Part shown: positions 1 to 8,048 of the stretch, in pieces
Position numbering within the stretch: position 1 is the first letter of the stretch
Layout of the letters: the number at the start of each line of letters is the position of its first letter
Sequence record: OZ240615.1
Strand: one strand, 5' to 3'
Length of the DNA: 64,000 bases
The notes under the pieces: generated by a model
What the model was told of the DNA's origin: nothing
What the model saw: the letters and a program-made list of their open reading frames with translations, nothing else
Databases searched by the model: none
Position numbers and translations under genes: made by a program

Positions 1-2
1 CG

Positions 3-185
3 GTCGCAGTTAACAAACCCGACACGTACGTGTTATGGGACAGTAAGACACGACCAACCACATACGCGCAGAATAAAGGACTGGATGTGAACAAGGATGG
101 TGTTATTACTCGAGCAGAAGTATCAAAAGTTATTTACAACATGTATGCGGAAGGTTGTTTGATCGAGAACCGCCGACCGCTTTAA
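3..185 (+). CDS. C-terminal part of a probable endolysin/lysozyme-like enzyme with an EF-hand-like motif (5' truncated by window)
   Basis: Manual translation of frame 3: VAVNKPDTYVLWDSKTRPTTYAQNKGLDVNKDGVITRAEVSKVIYNMYAEGCLIENRRPL*. The Y-x-QN-x-GLD-x-NKDG-x-IT-x-AE motif resembles phage lysin C-termini. Confidence 0.6.
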   Translation, partial: VAVNKPDTYVLWDSKTRPTTYAQNKGLDVNKDGVITRAEVSKVIYNMYAEGCLIENRRPL

Positions 186-195
186 GCGAGGCGTT

Positions 196-309
196 ATGGG
201 AGCAACTACCCTGTCGGGTGGAGATGTATTGATTATTTGCGCCGGAATCCTTATTACCATGGCTGCAACAGCATTCGTTCTTTCACTCTTGTTCGACGAT
301 AAAAAATAA
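196..309 (+). CDS. 37-aa single-TM peptide (not in ORF track)
   Basis: GAGG SD at 188-191, ATG at 196, MGATTLSGGDVLIICAGILITMAATAFVLSLLFDDKK*; followed by a terminator. Confidence 0.65.
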   Translation: MGATTLSGGDVLIICAGILITMAATAFVLSLLFDDKK

Positions 310-324
310 AAAGATAAAGTACAC

Positions 325-352
325 AGAGGAGAGAGCCTAGGCTCTCTCCTCT
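325..352. terminator. Bidirectional intrinsic terminator (perfect 28-bp palindrome)
   Basis: AGAGGAGAGAGC-CTAG-GCTCTCTCCTCT between convergent genes. Confidence 0.8.
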
Positions 353-363
353 GGTTTTGTCAC

Positions 364-960
364 TCAACTTAAATGCTTAATTGCGAGATCAAACATTTTT
401 TGCTTTACATCATCGAACCCGTAAAGGCGTTGATAGGCGGTTTGGTTTTGATTCCAAAGTTTGTCCATTAAGAAGACATTGCTCACTTCAGAAGCGTCAG
501 TACCGCCCCAATGCGGATTATCATCAAAGAGATAATAATCATACCCTTTTAAGTTGGCGTCTAACCAAGTCTTTTTACAGGGGACTTTCTCAGGGTCTAA
601 GAAGACCCCTTCCATTTCAACGCCAAGGCGGTCAAACTGCCGCTGCGTAAATTCAGCAGCGCGAGGGTGATACCCGCGGTGCGTAGCGAACATCGTTTGT
701 AGGCGCGCTCCAAAGACCGTTTGCATTTCTTTAATCAAAGCAGGAAGAGCTTCAAAACCAGGCACCCAGTCCGCGTGTTCCATGAACGAACCGTCTTCTA
801 AAACCGCCTTGAGGAAAGGAGCCTCAAACGGATCCGTACGCGAAAGTCGATTTTTCCAAACCAGCCCGCAGTTAAACGTATCGTTAATCCAGCGTGTCAT
901 GGCTTTTTCGGTTTCAAACTTGGTGTCATCCAAGTCAAACACGAACATTACTTTTTTCAC
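364..960 (-). CDS. HAD-superfamily phosphatase (5'-nucleotidase-like)
   Basis: N-terminal FVFDLDDT (DxD motif I), ATHRG motif II, LFDDN motif IV. Confidence 0.7.
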   Translation of the reverse strand: MKKVMFVFDLDDTKFETEKAMTRWINDTFNCGLVWKNRLSRTDPFEAPFLKAVLEDGSFMEHADWVPGFEALPALIKEMQTVFGARLQTMFATHRGYHPRAAEFTQRQFDRLGVEMEGVFLDPEKVPCKKTWLDANLKGYDYYLFDDNPHWGGTDASEVSNVFLMDKLWNQNQTAYQRLYGFDDVKQKMFDLAIKHLS

Positions 961-1460
961 GATTTAAGTTTCCTTTGCAGATAAAGATCCAGTGAATCTT
1001 TGAGTTTTTCCAAATACTGCTGACAAGAACTGGATAACGTGATTTTCCCACTGGGCCCGGAAATTGTCAATAGACCGTAGGATAGGGATAACACGTTAAA
1101 CGCAGCCAGATCCACCAGAATCGTGTGCGCACCCCAAGACACAATAATCTCCAAGTCTTGTACAAAACGCGTTTTGGGGGCTTCTGAGGAGTTCTCGTAG
1201 ACATTCTCGTGAAGTTTGTAGTCACTCCATTGTGCAGTGATGTACTCGTACACAGTTTCCGCTTCAAAGATGTCATCAGTTTCGATATTGATATTAACAT
1301 CATCGTAGTTACGTACATTGACGTACGTAGACGGACAGACAAGACCTACGCTCTGGCCTTTTTTAACAAACTTGATCTTTTCCAGATCTACGTAAAACGT
1401 CCCTTTAGCCGTTGTGATAAACAACGTAGTATTATTGATTCTCTGGAGTATCGAATTCAT
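957..1460 (-). CDS. hypothetical protein
   Basis: ORF track; co-directional packing; no recognised motif. Confidence 0.6.
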   Translation of the reverse strand: MNSILQRINNTTLFITTAKGTFYVDLEKIKFVKKGQSVGLVCPSTYVNVRNYDDVNINIETDDIFEAETVYEYITAQWSDYKLHENVYENSSEAPKTRFVQDLEIIVSWGAHTILVDLAAFNVLSLSYGLLTISGPSGKITLSSSCQQYLEKLKDSLDLYLQRKLKS

Positions 1461-2376
1461 TGTTACTTACCTTATTGATGTTTTGGAGAATAAGTGCGTG
1501 TAAAATATCAAACGAAACAGGGTAATCAAAGACTCCGCCAGCAGCGTCAGGGTGTCCACCGCCGTTAAAGACGTGCGCGAGTCTTTGCGCCCAACCCGTC
1601 CCTTTACGAGAACGGAAAGAAAGACCTAAACCTTTTTTGTTTAACGTTACGTTTACAACGAGGTCTACGTCATCTCTTTTTGCTAACAGCATCGAGGCTG
1701 CCTCAGATGCGTAATAGTACGGTGCTGAAAGATAAACCGCAGTAAACCGGAAAACGCCATTTGTTTCCACCGGGAAACATACTTTTTTATCGAGATGAAA
1801 CGTGATATTTTTATTTCTGGATTCGATGAGTAAATCAACGACAGGTCGGATTTCCGCCTCCACTCTTTCTTTGCTATACTCTAGCAGCGCGTTGAACGGC
1901 GGGAAGATATCTTCTTTGTTACCCTTCTTCAGGAAACGAACGAAGTACTCGTGATATTCCCGTTCACTGTCCGTAGCAATCCACAAATCTCGATTGTTAA
2001 TCAAACGAATAACTTCTGGCATCTCGCCGTGGTTCAGATACTTCCAGGTTAAACCAGAACCGGCCAGAGTACGATCAAAGTGAATGATAGTACCGGGGAA
2101 GATTGATCGGATGGTTTTACAATCCTCTTCTTTATCGTCGTGGTGATCGAGGATAACCAACCCGCCTAATAAATGTTTGTTTTCTTCTACCCATTCTACT
2201 GGCGGGGTGAAATCGAGGAAATGAGCGTAGTGCTTTTTACCTTCCTCAAGTTTTGGCATGGCGCGGTAGTTTACCGGGACAAATGTCGGTTTGTCAGAGT
2301 ACTTGTAGAAAAGTGCTGCTGCCGCGAAACCATCCATGCAAAGATCGTGATAAAAAACAATTAATTCAGTTTCCAT
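1432..2376 (-). CDS. DHH/DHHA1-family phosphoesterase
   Basis: YHDLCMDG, FLDF, ILDHH and C-terminal GGGHPDAAG motifs. Confidence 0.85.
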   Translation of the reverse strand: METELIVFYHDLCMDGFAAAALFYKYSDKPTFVPVNYRAMPKLEEGKKHYAHFLDFTPPVEWVEENKHLLGGLVILDHHDDKEEDCKTIRSIFPGTIIHFDRTLAGSGLTWKYLNHGEMPEVIRLINNRDLWIATDSEREYHEYFVRFLKKGNKEDIFPPFNALLEYSKERVEAEIRPVVDLLIESRNKNITFHLDKKVCFPVETNGVFRFTAVYLSAPYYYASEAASMLLAKRDDVDLVVNVTLNKKGLGLSFRSRKGTGWAQRLAHVFNGGGHPDAAGGVFDYPVSFDILHALILQNINKVSNNEFDTPENQ

Positions 2377-2400
2377 TTTACTTCCTCAACAAAAAAATAA

Positions 2401-2426
2401 ATTAGGGGAGAATTTTCTCCCCTAAT
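2401..2426 (-). terminator. Intrinsic terminator
   Basis: ATTAGGGGAGAA-TT-TTCTCCCCTAAT with an A-tract on the left (U-tract on minus). Confidence 0.75.
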
Positions 2427-2431
2427 AGAGT

Positions 2432-2680
2432 TTAGACTATTTTCAATATCTGGCGATGGTAATAACGCTCAGTCAGTGCATTCAGTGAAAATTCTGCACT
2501 TTCAGGACGCGCAATAAAATCATCGCAAACCTTCTGGGTTTCTTCAAAGACCAGACGCTTACGAATACGTTCTGCAACACGTCGTACCATTTTGGCTTTA
2601 CCTTTGTGTTCCCGAAACCCGATAGCCAAAGTGACTAACAAATCGATCATCTCATGATCGAGAGCAATGTTTCTACTCAT
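2432..2680 (-). CDS. hypothetical protein
   Basis: ORF track; packing. Confidence 0.6.
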   Translation of the reverse strand: MSRNIALDHEMIDLLVTLAIGFREHKGKAKMVRRVAERIRKRLVFEETQKVCDDFIARPESAEFSLNALTERYYHRQILKIV

Positions 2681-3027
2681 CCGGCAATGTCTACATTTGA
2701 GTAGAGAACGGAACAGGTGTCGTCGCCGTCAAAGACCACGCCGGATTCATTCATCCATTTAGTTTCGCTTTTAGATTTTTTATCCCGGAAAGACGCGGTG
2801 GTATAAACTTTATATCCCGGAGTTTGAGCTTCTCCTTCCATTGCGCTCAAGGGGCTGGGTTTACTGCGGAGTACAGCTACTGAAACGGTCTTGGTGTCCA
2901 CAGTAGGGAAAGTCGCCACAGCTTCCTTAACTGCATTTTGTACTCGGGAGATACAGGCCGCATTCGGCGCTGCGATTGCTTGGTTGATTGTCAGGGATGC
3001 AATAGCCAGCAGAATAATTTTTTTCAT
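2677..3027 (-). CDS. exported protein with signal peptide
   Basis: MKKIILLAIASLTINQAIAA Sec-type signal; two Cys. Confidence 0.7.
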   Translation of the reverse strand: MKKIILLAIASLTINQAIAAPNAACISRVQNAVKEAVATFPTVDTKTVSVAVLRSKPSPLSAMEGEAQTPGYKVYTTASFRDKKSKSETKWMNESGVVFDGDDTCSVLYSNVDIAG

Positions 3028-3123
3028 TGTTTTCTCCTTCTAAAACGCGGTTCATCTGTTCGGTGTTTAAGTTCAAGCCAATTTCACTCATAGCACGAAA
3101 GAAATCGACATCGTTAATTTTGT

Positions 3124-3525
3124 TCATTCAGTGATCACAAAGGTGTTTTCAGAAAACGGACGGAGGTTCCCTCGTTCAATCCAATACCCGTAATTCAAGA
3201 GTGAATCAAACCATCTGAGTATAGGTTGAGCTAGAGAGTGTATTTCTATTTCTTCAATGATCGTTAACCAATTCGTCTCAACTTCAATATCAAGTAAATA
3301 TCCTTCGTAGTCGCAGTTGAGTACATCGTAGAGCGTCTCAGCAAAGAGATTTACATCGATGTCAAGATAATGAAGATCGTTTCGGGAAAGTATTCGTAGC
3401 GTATCGTATATTGGACAGAGCGTCTCAAAAAAGAGCATCGCATGATTTTTTGAGAGCACCCTAATAAAGAAAGGATATTCTACGTAGACCTTTTTACGCC
3501 GTGTTCCCGTAGAATTGTAAGTCAT
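3124..3525 (-). CDS. hypothetical protein
   Basis: ORF track; packing. Confidence 0.6.
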   Translation of the reverse strand: MTYNSTGTRRKKVYVEYPFFIRVLSKNHAMLFFETLCPIYDTLRILSRNDLHYLDIDVNLFAETLYDVLNCDYEGYLLDIEVETNWLTIIEEIEIHSLAQPILRWFDSLLNYGYWIERGNLRPFSENTFVITE

Positions 3526-3733
3526 CGGGCCGCCGCTCCTTCAATTCACGTAAAAGGACGGTCAGTGGCGCCGGAGATAATGCGACTTTTCCCAGCCACG
3601 AATAACAGTCGTTCTCTTTTACGGTTAGTCTGACAAAACGCGCTGTTGTCTTAATGGCATTTTGTGTTTTATGTATAGCGTATGCCAACTGCAATGTCAG
3701 TAGGATATCGTCCCATTCTGTTTCATGTCCCAT
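3494..3733 (-). CDS. hypothetical protein
   Basis: ORF track; packing. Confidence 0.55.
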   Translation of the reverse strand: MGHETEWDDILLTLQLAYAIHKTQNAIKTTARFVRLTVKENDCYSWLGKVALSPAPLTVLLRELKERRPDDLQFYGNTA

Positions 3734-3735
3734 CT

Positions 3736-4146
3736 TTAACCTCTGTCGATAGTGAAAATATCAAAACCAAAAAACCCGGGGGCGTCTTTGTTCTGTTCAC
3801 CAAGGCGCCAATAATCGTTAAACGCCCGACGACTGATTCTCAACTTTCCTTCGAACGCGACCAGAGCAGGGTCAGTAAAAAGGAGATTGGCTTTGATTCC
3901 TTTCTCTGTAAGTCGGAAATTAGTGAAGAGGTGAGTCGGCTCTTTAAATTTCCTGTAACGCAGATAAAATTGATCAAAGGTCTCAGTGTGTTTCTTATCC
4001 AAAGAAGGATTGAGTTCGCCTTTTAGACTTTCTCGTGCTTTGAACGCGCGGAGTAGGCGCTCTAGATCCGTTGGACGCATGAAATCTGGTAAGGGTAAAT
4101 AAACATCGACAATGTGATCTTGATTAGCGACTTTAAACACAGACAT
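3736..4146 (-). CDS. hypothetical protein
   Basis: ORF track; AAGGA SD. Confidence 0.6.
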   Translation of the reverse strand: MSVFKVANQDHIVDVYLPLPDFMRPTDLERLLRAFKARESLKGELNPSLDKKHTETFDQFYLRYRKFKEPTHLFTNFRLTEKGIKANLLFTDPALVAFEGKLRISRRAFNDYWRLGEQNKDAPGFFGFDIFTIDRG

Positions 4147-4175
4147 TTCCTTTTGTGATGATTACAACGAAAAAA

Positions 4176-4195
4176 GAGGGTGACTACTCACCCTC
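4176..4195 (-). terminator. Intrinsic terminator downstream of the 60-aa NrdA-tail-like gene
   Basis: GAGGGTGA-CTAC-TCACCCTC with A-tract 4170-4175. Confidence 0.7.
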
Positions 4196-4203
4196 GAAAT
4201 AAT

Positions 4204-4386
4204 TTAAATTTTACAAGCCCCGCCTTCACAGTCATCGCTAGCTTCGATTTCCGGTTGGGCTTCGATGAATGCTTCGTTCTTTGCCGTCGCTGCTTCAACT
4301 TCTGCATCGCTGAGCGTAAATGAGTCAAAGTCGAGACTCTCATCTTTGGTACCGCTGAAATGGGTACCGGGAACAGGTTGTGCCAT
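4204..4386 (-). CDS. 60-aa acidic peptide ending in an NrdA-like redox tail (DDCEGGACKI)
   Basis: AAAAGGA SD; C-terminus matches E. coli NrdA C-terminus (DDGCESGACKI), same CX4C-KI-stop layout. Confidence 0.75.
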   Translation of the reverse strand: MAQPVPGTHFSGTKDESLDFDSFTLSDAEVEAATAKNEAFIEAQPEIEASDDCEGGACKI

Positions 4387-4464
4387 TAGAACTTTTCCTT
4401 TTTTAATCCGAGACGTAATGCCTCAAAGAAAGACAAGTAAGACTTAAAAAAGAAAAAGACCCAG

Positions 4465-4495
4465 AGGCATAGAGGGTTACAAGCCCTCTATGCCT
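4465..4495 (-). terminator. Intrinsic terminator upstream of the 60-aa gene
   Basis: AGGCATAGAGGG-N7-CCCTCTATGCCT with A-rich tract to the left. Confidence 0.7.
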
Positions 4496-4504
4496 TCTTT
4501 GAGA

Positions 4505-4975
4505 TCAATCAAGGTAAAAACATTTCCCGCCTTTGTTCTCCGCTACTAATTTTTTCAGTCCGTTAGTAGAGAAGATCACGTAGGCATCCGGGTGACCCTC
4601 AACGTACAGTTTGAAATTTTTCGCTTTGGTTACCTTAACGGTGTCGAAGAACGCACGCCAGTTACTGGATCCAACTCTAGAGAGGGGGGTAATCATCTGG
4701 TACTTATCCCCATCTATGTCAATAACCAACGTATAACGGTCATCGATAGTAGAAAGAGATTGCCCTTTCGCATCGGTCAGGAAAAGCGCCTGTTCTGGCC
4801 AGTTGTCACCGGTATCGCGACACGAGAACGCCAGCGAATAACCGTCTGTGCTTTCGGTATAAAATTCAAGGGTTCCTTGCTGATACGACTCTGTCCAGCG
4901 ATTCACAACAGCTTGTGAGGCGAAGGACATAAACGCAGAAAGAACCACCAGTGTTGCAGCGATAAATTTTTTCAT
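4505..4975 (-). CDS. exported protein with signal peptide
   Basis: MKKFIAATLVVLSAFMSFASQA signal peptide; AAAAGGT SD. Confidence 0.75.
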   Translation of the reverse strand: MKKFIAATLVVLSAFMSFASQAVVNRWTESYQQGTLEFYTESTDGYSLAFSCRDTGDNWPEQALFLTDAKGQSLSTIDDRYTLVIDIDGDKYQMITPLSRVGSSNWRAFFDTVKVTKAKNFKLYVEGHPDAYVIFSTNGLKKLVAENKGGKCFYLD

Positions 4976-5065
4976 GATATTTACCTTTTAGATAGAAGTG
5001 TGATTGATTAAAGTTCGGTTTCAGTGGGATGAATCTATAAGAGCGCTTTGCGACTCGGCGAAGAC

Positions 5066-5344
5066 TTACGCGTAGTACCAGTATCTTCTTTCAGATTCGA
5101 GTAAAGAGACCAGAATGAAGCGGAAAAATATACTCATCAAATAACAAATCAGACAAGTTAACTTTACCCCGTAAGATGTCCAGTCGCGAAGAGTTCTGAC
5201 TAAGCGACCTTTCCAGGAATTGTCGAACAATATAGCATCTTTCGCGGCGAATTTTGCCAATTGCCCGTTAGCGATAAAGAGCAGAATACCCAGTATCGCC
5301 AAAACTATTAACGCAACGAAGGTGATTAACAATAAAGTTTCCAT
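5066..5344 (-). CDS. small membrane protein
   Basis: Two hydrophobic segments. Confidence 0.6.
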   Translation of the reverse strand: METLLLITFVALIVLAILGILLFIANGQLAKFAAKDAILFDNSWKGRLVRTLRDWTSYGVKLTCLICYLMSIFFRFILVSLLESERRYWYYA

Positions 5345-5376
5345 GGAAGTGTCCTTAGCGAAGGGAGAAATGTCTT

Positions 5377-5760
5377 TTAGATGTATTTGAGGTCGTCTGT
5401 GTCTTCGCGCATCTGGCGGAGGCGTTCACCTCGCGAACTGTAATAGTTTCGACGAAGTCTGCGACGATCTTTACGGTTTTGTTGGTAACTAGGTTCAGTT
5501 ATCAACGTTTCGACAAAAGGTGGTGAATCAGATTCTACCGGCGCAGCGACAGTTTCCTCTTCAGTAAACTCATTTTCCATTACAGGGGAAACAGGTTCAA
5601 TTTCAGGGGTAGTGTTAACTTTCTTTTCTGTCGCTGTGCCTTTGTTATTGGCGAAGTACCAAAAGAGCATTGCCAACAAAGTTATAAACAGAACGATAGC
5701 TATTGTTTCGATCATTGGAGTACTCCTTTTAGTAACTATGCGAATGTGGTTTCTGTACAA
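5377..5760 (-). CDS. membrane-anchored protein with acidic linker and Arg-rich tail
   Basis: TM IAIVLFITLLAMLFWYF; start probably the internal MIETIA. Confidence 0.6.
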   Translation of the reverse strand: MYRNHIRIVTKRSTPMIETIAIVLFITLLAMLFWYFANNKGTATEKKVNTTPEIEPVSPVMENEFTEEETVAAPVESDSPPFVETLITEPSYQQNRKDRRRLRRNYYSSRGERLRQMREDTDDLKYI

Positions 5761-6296
5761 GAAAAACCATAGTGTTTATCATTAGGCCGAGTTCCGACCT
5801 TTTTCTTTTTGATCGCCTGCCGTCTGTTGTAACGGATTTGACGATACCGTAGTTTAACTACCCATACGTAAAGGTTCTTAAGAATAAAGGACCCTGCAAT
5901 TAATCCAGATCCTAGCATAACTGCTTTTGCCAACGGATGGGGTATGAAGTAGTTATAACTGAAGGCCAAAGTCGCGGCGGTGCCTGTGATGACATAGATG
6001 GGGATTTCAGAGCACATCGCTTGGTTGAGTTGATAATATTCAAGTAGCTCGCGAATAATCTTAATCTTTTCGGCGTCGATTTCTTTTTCAGCCGGGAAGA
6101 AATAACGAATAACCGCGTTTGCATCCAATCCAACCGTGTCAATGAATCTAGCCCAGTTTTCTTTCCCGGCGAGTACGTTGATAACTCGAATTACCGCAAC
6201 CAAGAGTTCGCTATGTTTAGCGGAACACTTTATTGCCGACAATACAGAGTCCACATCTTCCCAAGCGCGCCGGTAATCCATCGATCGTTTTTTCAT
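5736..6296 (-). CDS. membrane protein
   Basis: Two C-terminal hydrophobic segments, basic tail. Confidence 0.6.
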   Translation of the reverse strand: MKKRSMDYRRAWEDVDSVLSAIKCSAKHSELLVAVIRVINVLAGKENWARFIDTVGLDANAVIRYFFPAEKEIDAEKIKIIRELLEYYQLNQAMCSEIPIYVITGTAATLAFSYNYFIPHPLAKAVMLGSGLIAGSFILKNLYVWVVKLRYRQIRYNRRQAIKKKKVGTRPNDKHYGFSCTETTFA

Positions 6297-6607
6297 TTAG
6301 CTTCTTCCAGAATAACGTTGACCCGACTTTCGCGTTTGATAGCCCAGGTTAAGATAACTGCGTTCAATAACCCAATGACAACAAATGCAAAGAAATAAAC
6401 CGATACCATCACCGCGCCCAGAATACCGATAATGGTCTGAATGGCCAGAAAGGCGTAGTTGATAAAGATCATATTCCGAGAACGTTTCTGATATTTCTCT
6501 TCGGTTGATTTTTTACCGGCACGAATAAAAGCCACGGTAATGCCGTTGAGGAATAAAGAGACAATTCCGAACAGGACGATCGCTACGCAGATTAAAGTGG
6601 TTAACAT
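6293..6607 (-). CDS. three-TM membrane protein
   Basis: Three hydrophobic stretches; AGGT SD. Confidence 0.7.
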   Translation of the reverse strand: MLTTLICVAIVLFGIVSLFLNGITVAFIRAGKKSTEEKYQKRSRNMIFINYAFLAIQTIIGILGAVMVSVYFFAFVVIGLLNAVILTWAIKRESRVNVILEEAK

Positions 6608-6999
6608 GATTTTTACCTATTTATTTAGTAAAAGGGTTGAGTGAATTTGTCCTCTAAAGAAGTGTACAAATCGCATAGAGCGATGCCCAAGATCGACCGG
6701 GAACTCACAGCCTTTTATCTTGCAGCGTCGTGTCGTCTCAGAGAGTGTTTACTACGGCCTACAATTCATAATCTCAGACATAACTCGATTTGTTAGTCTA
6801 GAGTGAATCGCCCGTCAAAGCCTCGATCTGTTACGGCAACGATAACAACGAATTTTACCAATGTACAACTTCTTCTTACGAGATATGAGAGAGTGAGAAA
6901 ATACACTTTGCTTTAGAATTAAGTAACACTACTTAATTCTAAGCGTTTCATCATAAGCTCTTCCTTTCAAGTTAAGTGTGCCGAGGGTGGAGTTACTGC

Positions 7000-7347
7000 T
7001 TACGCAGTTGCAACGTCAGCTTCGTCAACAGAAGTCTGAGCCGTTTCAACTGGTACAGCTACATCGCTGCTTTCTTTTGGGAAAAGCAGCGCCTTCAGGT
7101 TTTTGTAAGTGTCGGTGACGTAGGTCACGATCAGCAGACCCGCTACCATATATGCCGCGACTTCGACCGCCAGGCTCAGGAAGAACATCGCGAAGAAGAT
7201 CAGGATTGCCATCAGAATCGTGTCGAATACGAAGCTACCTAACGCTTTACCCTTCTCAGTGATAGAGTAGGTAGTGCTTTCGGTATCGCCTTCAACAACG
7301 GTTTCTTTAGCGACGAATTGTGCGAAAAACGATTTGAATTTGTTCAT
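7000..7347 (-). CDS. two-TM membrane protein
   Basis: Central hydrophobic hairpin; AAAAGGT SD. Confidence 0.7.
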   Translation of the reverse strand: MNKFKSFFAQFVAKETVVEGDTESTTYSITEKGKALGSFVFDTILMAILIFFAMFFLSLAVEVAAYMVAGLLIVTYVTDTYKNLKALLFPKESSDVAVPVETAQTSVDEADVATA

Positions 7348-7430
7348 GATATTTACCTTTTAGATGGATTGGATAATAACTACATTTGAGAGAGTACTAC
7401 TAACACCGTTGAGAGACGGTGGCCTAGAGC

Positions 7431-7547
7431 TTAAATAAACTGTACTGCCGCGATTACGATCAGCGCTAAAATACAAGCTGGGAGGACAGCCAAATCCAGA
7501 GCAATAGCCATTGCCCCAGCCCCGAATAAAGAGAGTGCGTTTTTCAT
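7431..7547 (-). CDS. 38-aa hydrophobic peptide (not in ORF track)
   Basis: Manual: MKNALSLFGAGAMAIALDLAVLPACILALIVIAAVQFI*; start overlaps upstream stop (TAATG). Confidence 0.6.
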   Translation of the reverse strand: MKNALSLFGAGAMAIALDLAVLPACILALIVIAAVQFI

Positions 7548-7717
7548 TACGCCGGCTCCCCATGGTCTGTGTTCATCCATTTTCCGGCATTAGCCTGGGA
7601 ATCGATGATAGCGCCGACCATACCGGCCACAAAAGCAATAAGAATCGCTGGAACCACTGTCAGTTCAAACATAGCTGAAACCAACAGAACAATAATTAGC
7701 ATGATGAAATAAGTCAT
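7547..7717 (-). CDS. 56-aa membrane peptide (start revised to MTYFIM)
   Basis: GAGG SD before ATG at 7717; two hydrophobic segments. Confidence 0.6.
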   Translation of the reverse strand: MTYFIMLIIVLLVSAMFELTVVPAILIAFVAGMVGAIIDSQANAGKWMNTDHGEPA

Positions 7718-7731
7718 TTTAATTACCTCTT

Positions 7732-7890
7732 TTAAAGTCCGTATGAGATTGCCATGATCAGGAAGAAAGGGGAAAGCGCATACCAGGTAATGACACTTAC
7801 AACCCCGTAACAAATAGCCATCGGTATACTCACGCCGAAGATGAAAAGAGTGATGAAAAATCCCATTAGGAAGATAATTAATTCTTTCAT
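7732..7890 (-). CDS. 52-aa membrane peptide (not in ORF track)
   Basis: Manual: MKELIIFLMGFFITLFIFGVSIPMAICYGVVSVITWYALSPFFLIMAISYGL*; GAGGA SD; first gene after promoter motif. Confidence 0.65.
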   Translation of the reverse strand: MKELIIFLMGFFITLFIFGVSIPMAICYGVVSVITWYALSPFFLIMAISYGL

Positions 7891-7963
7891 ACTTTCCTCT
7901 TAGACCTCTTAGGTCAGTAAATGGATGTTTAGTTATCAGAAAAGCGTTATATCTTTCCTATTT

Positions 7964-7991
7964 CACTGTAGCAATATATACATCAAAAAAA
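7964..7991 (-). promoter_or_regulatory. Putative phage early promoter, copy 1
   Basis: Matches shared motif TTTRA-N4-TATAT-N2-C-N5-TG on minus strand. Confidence 0.7.
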
Positions 7992-8048
7992 CTGCATTTC
8001 GATTCTTAAGAGTTTTTATGACCCCTTCTACAACACAGGCTCTCTACG

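Noticed and set aside
2927-3127. 66-aa ORF overlapping the exported-protein gene by 101 nt
   Set aside because: May be real since it fills a gap, but the long overlap and lack of motif leave too little support to list it.
7360-7563. 67-aa ORF from the track
   Set aside because: Another frame (7431..7547) gives a coupled hydrophobic peptide that fits the operon; this frame runs through a hairpin.
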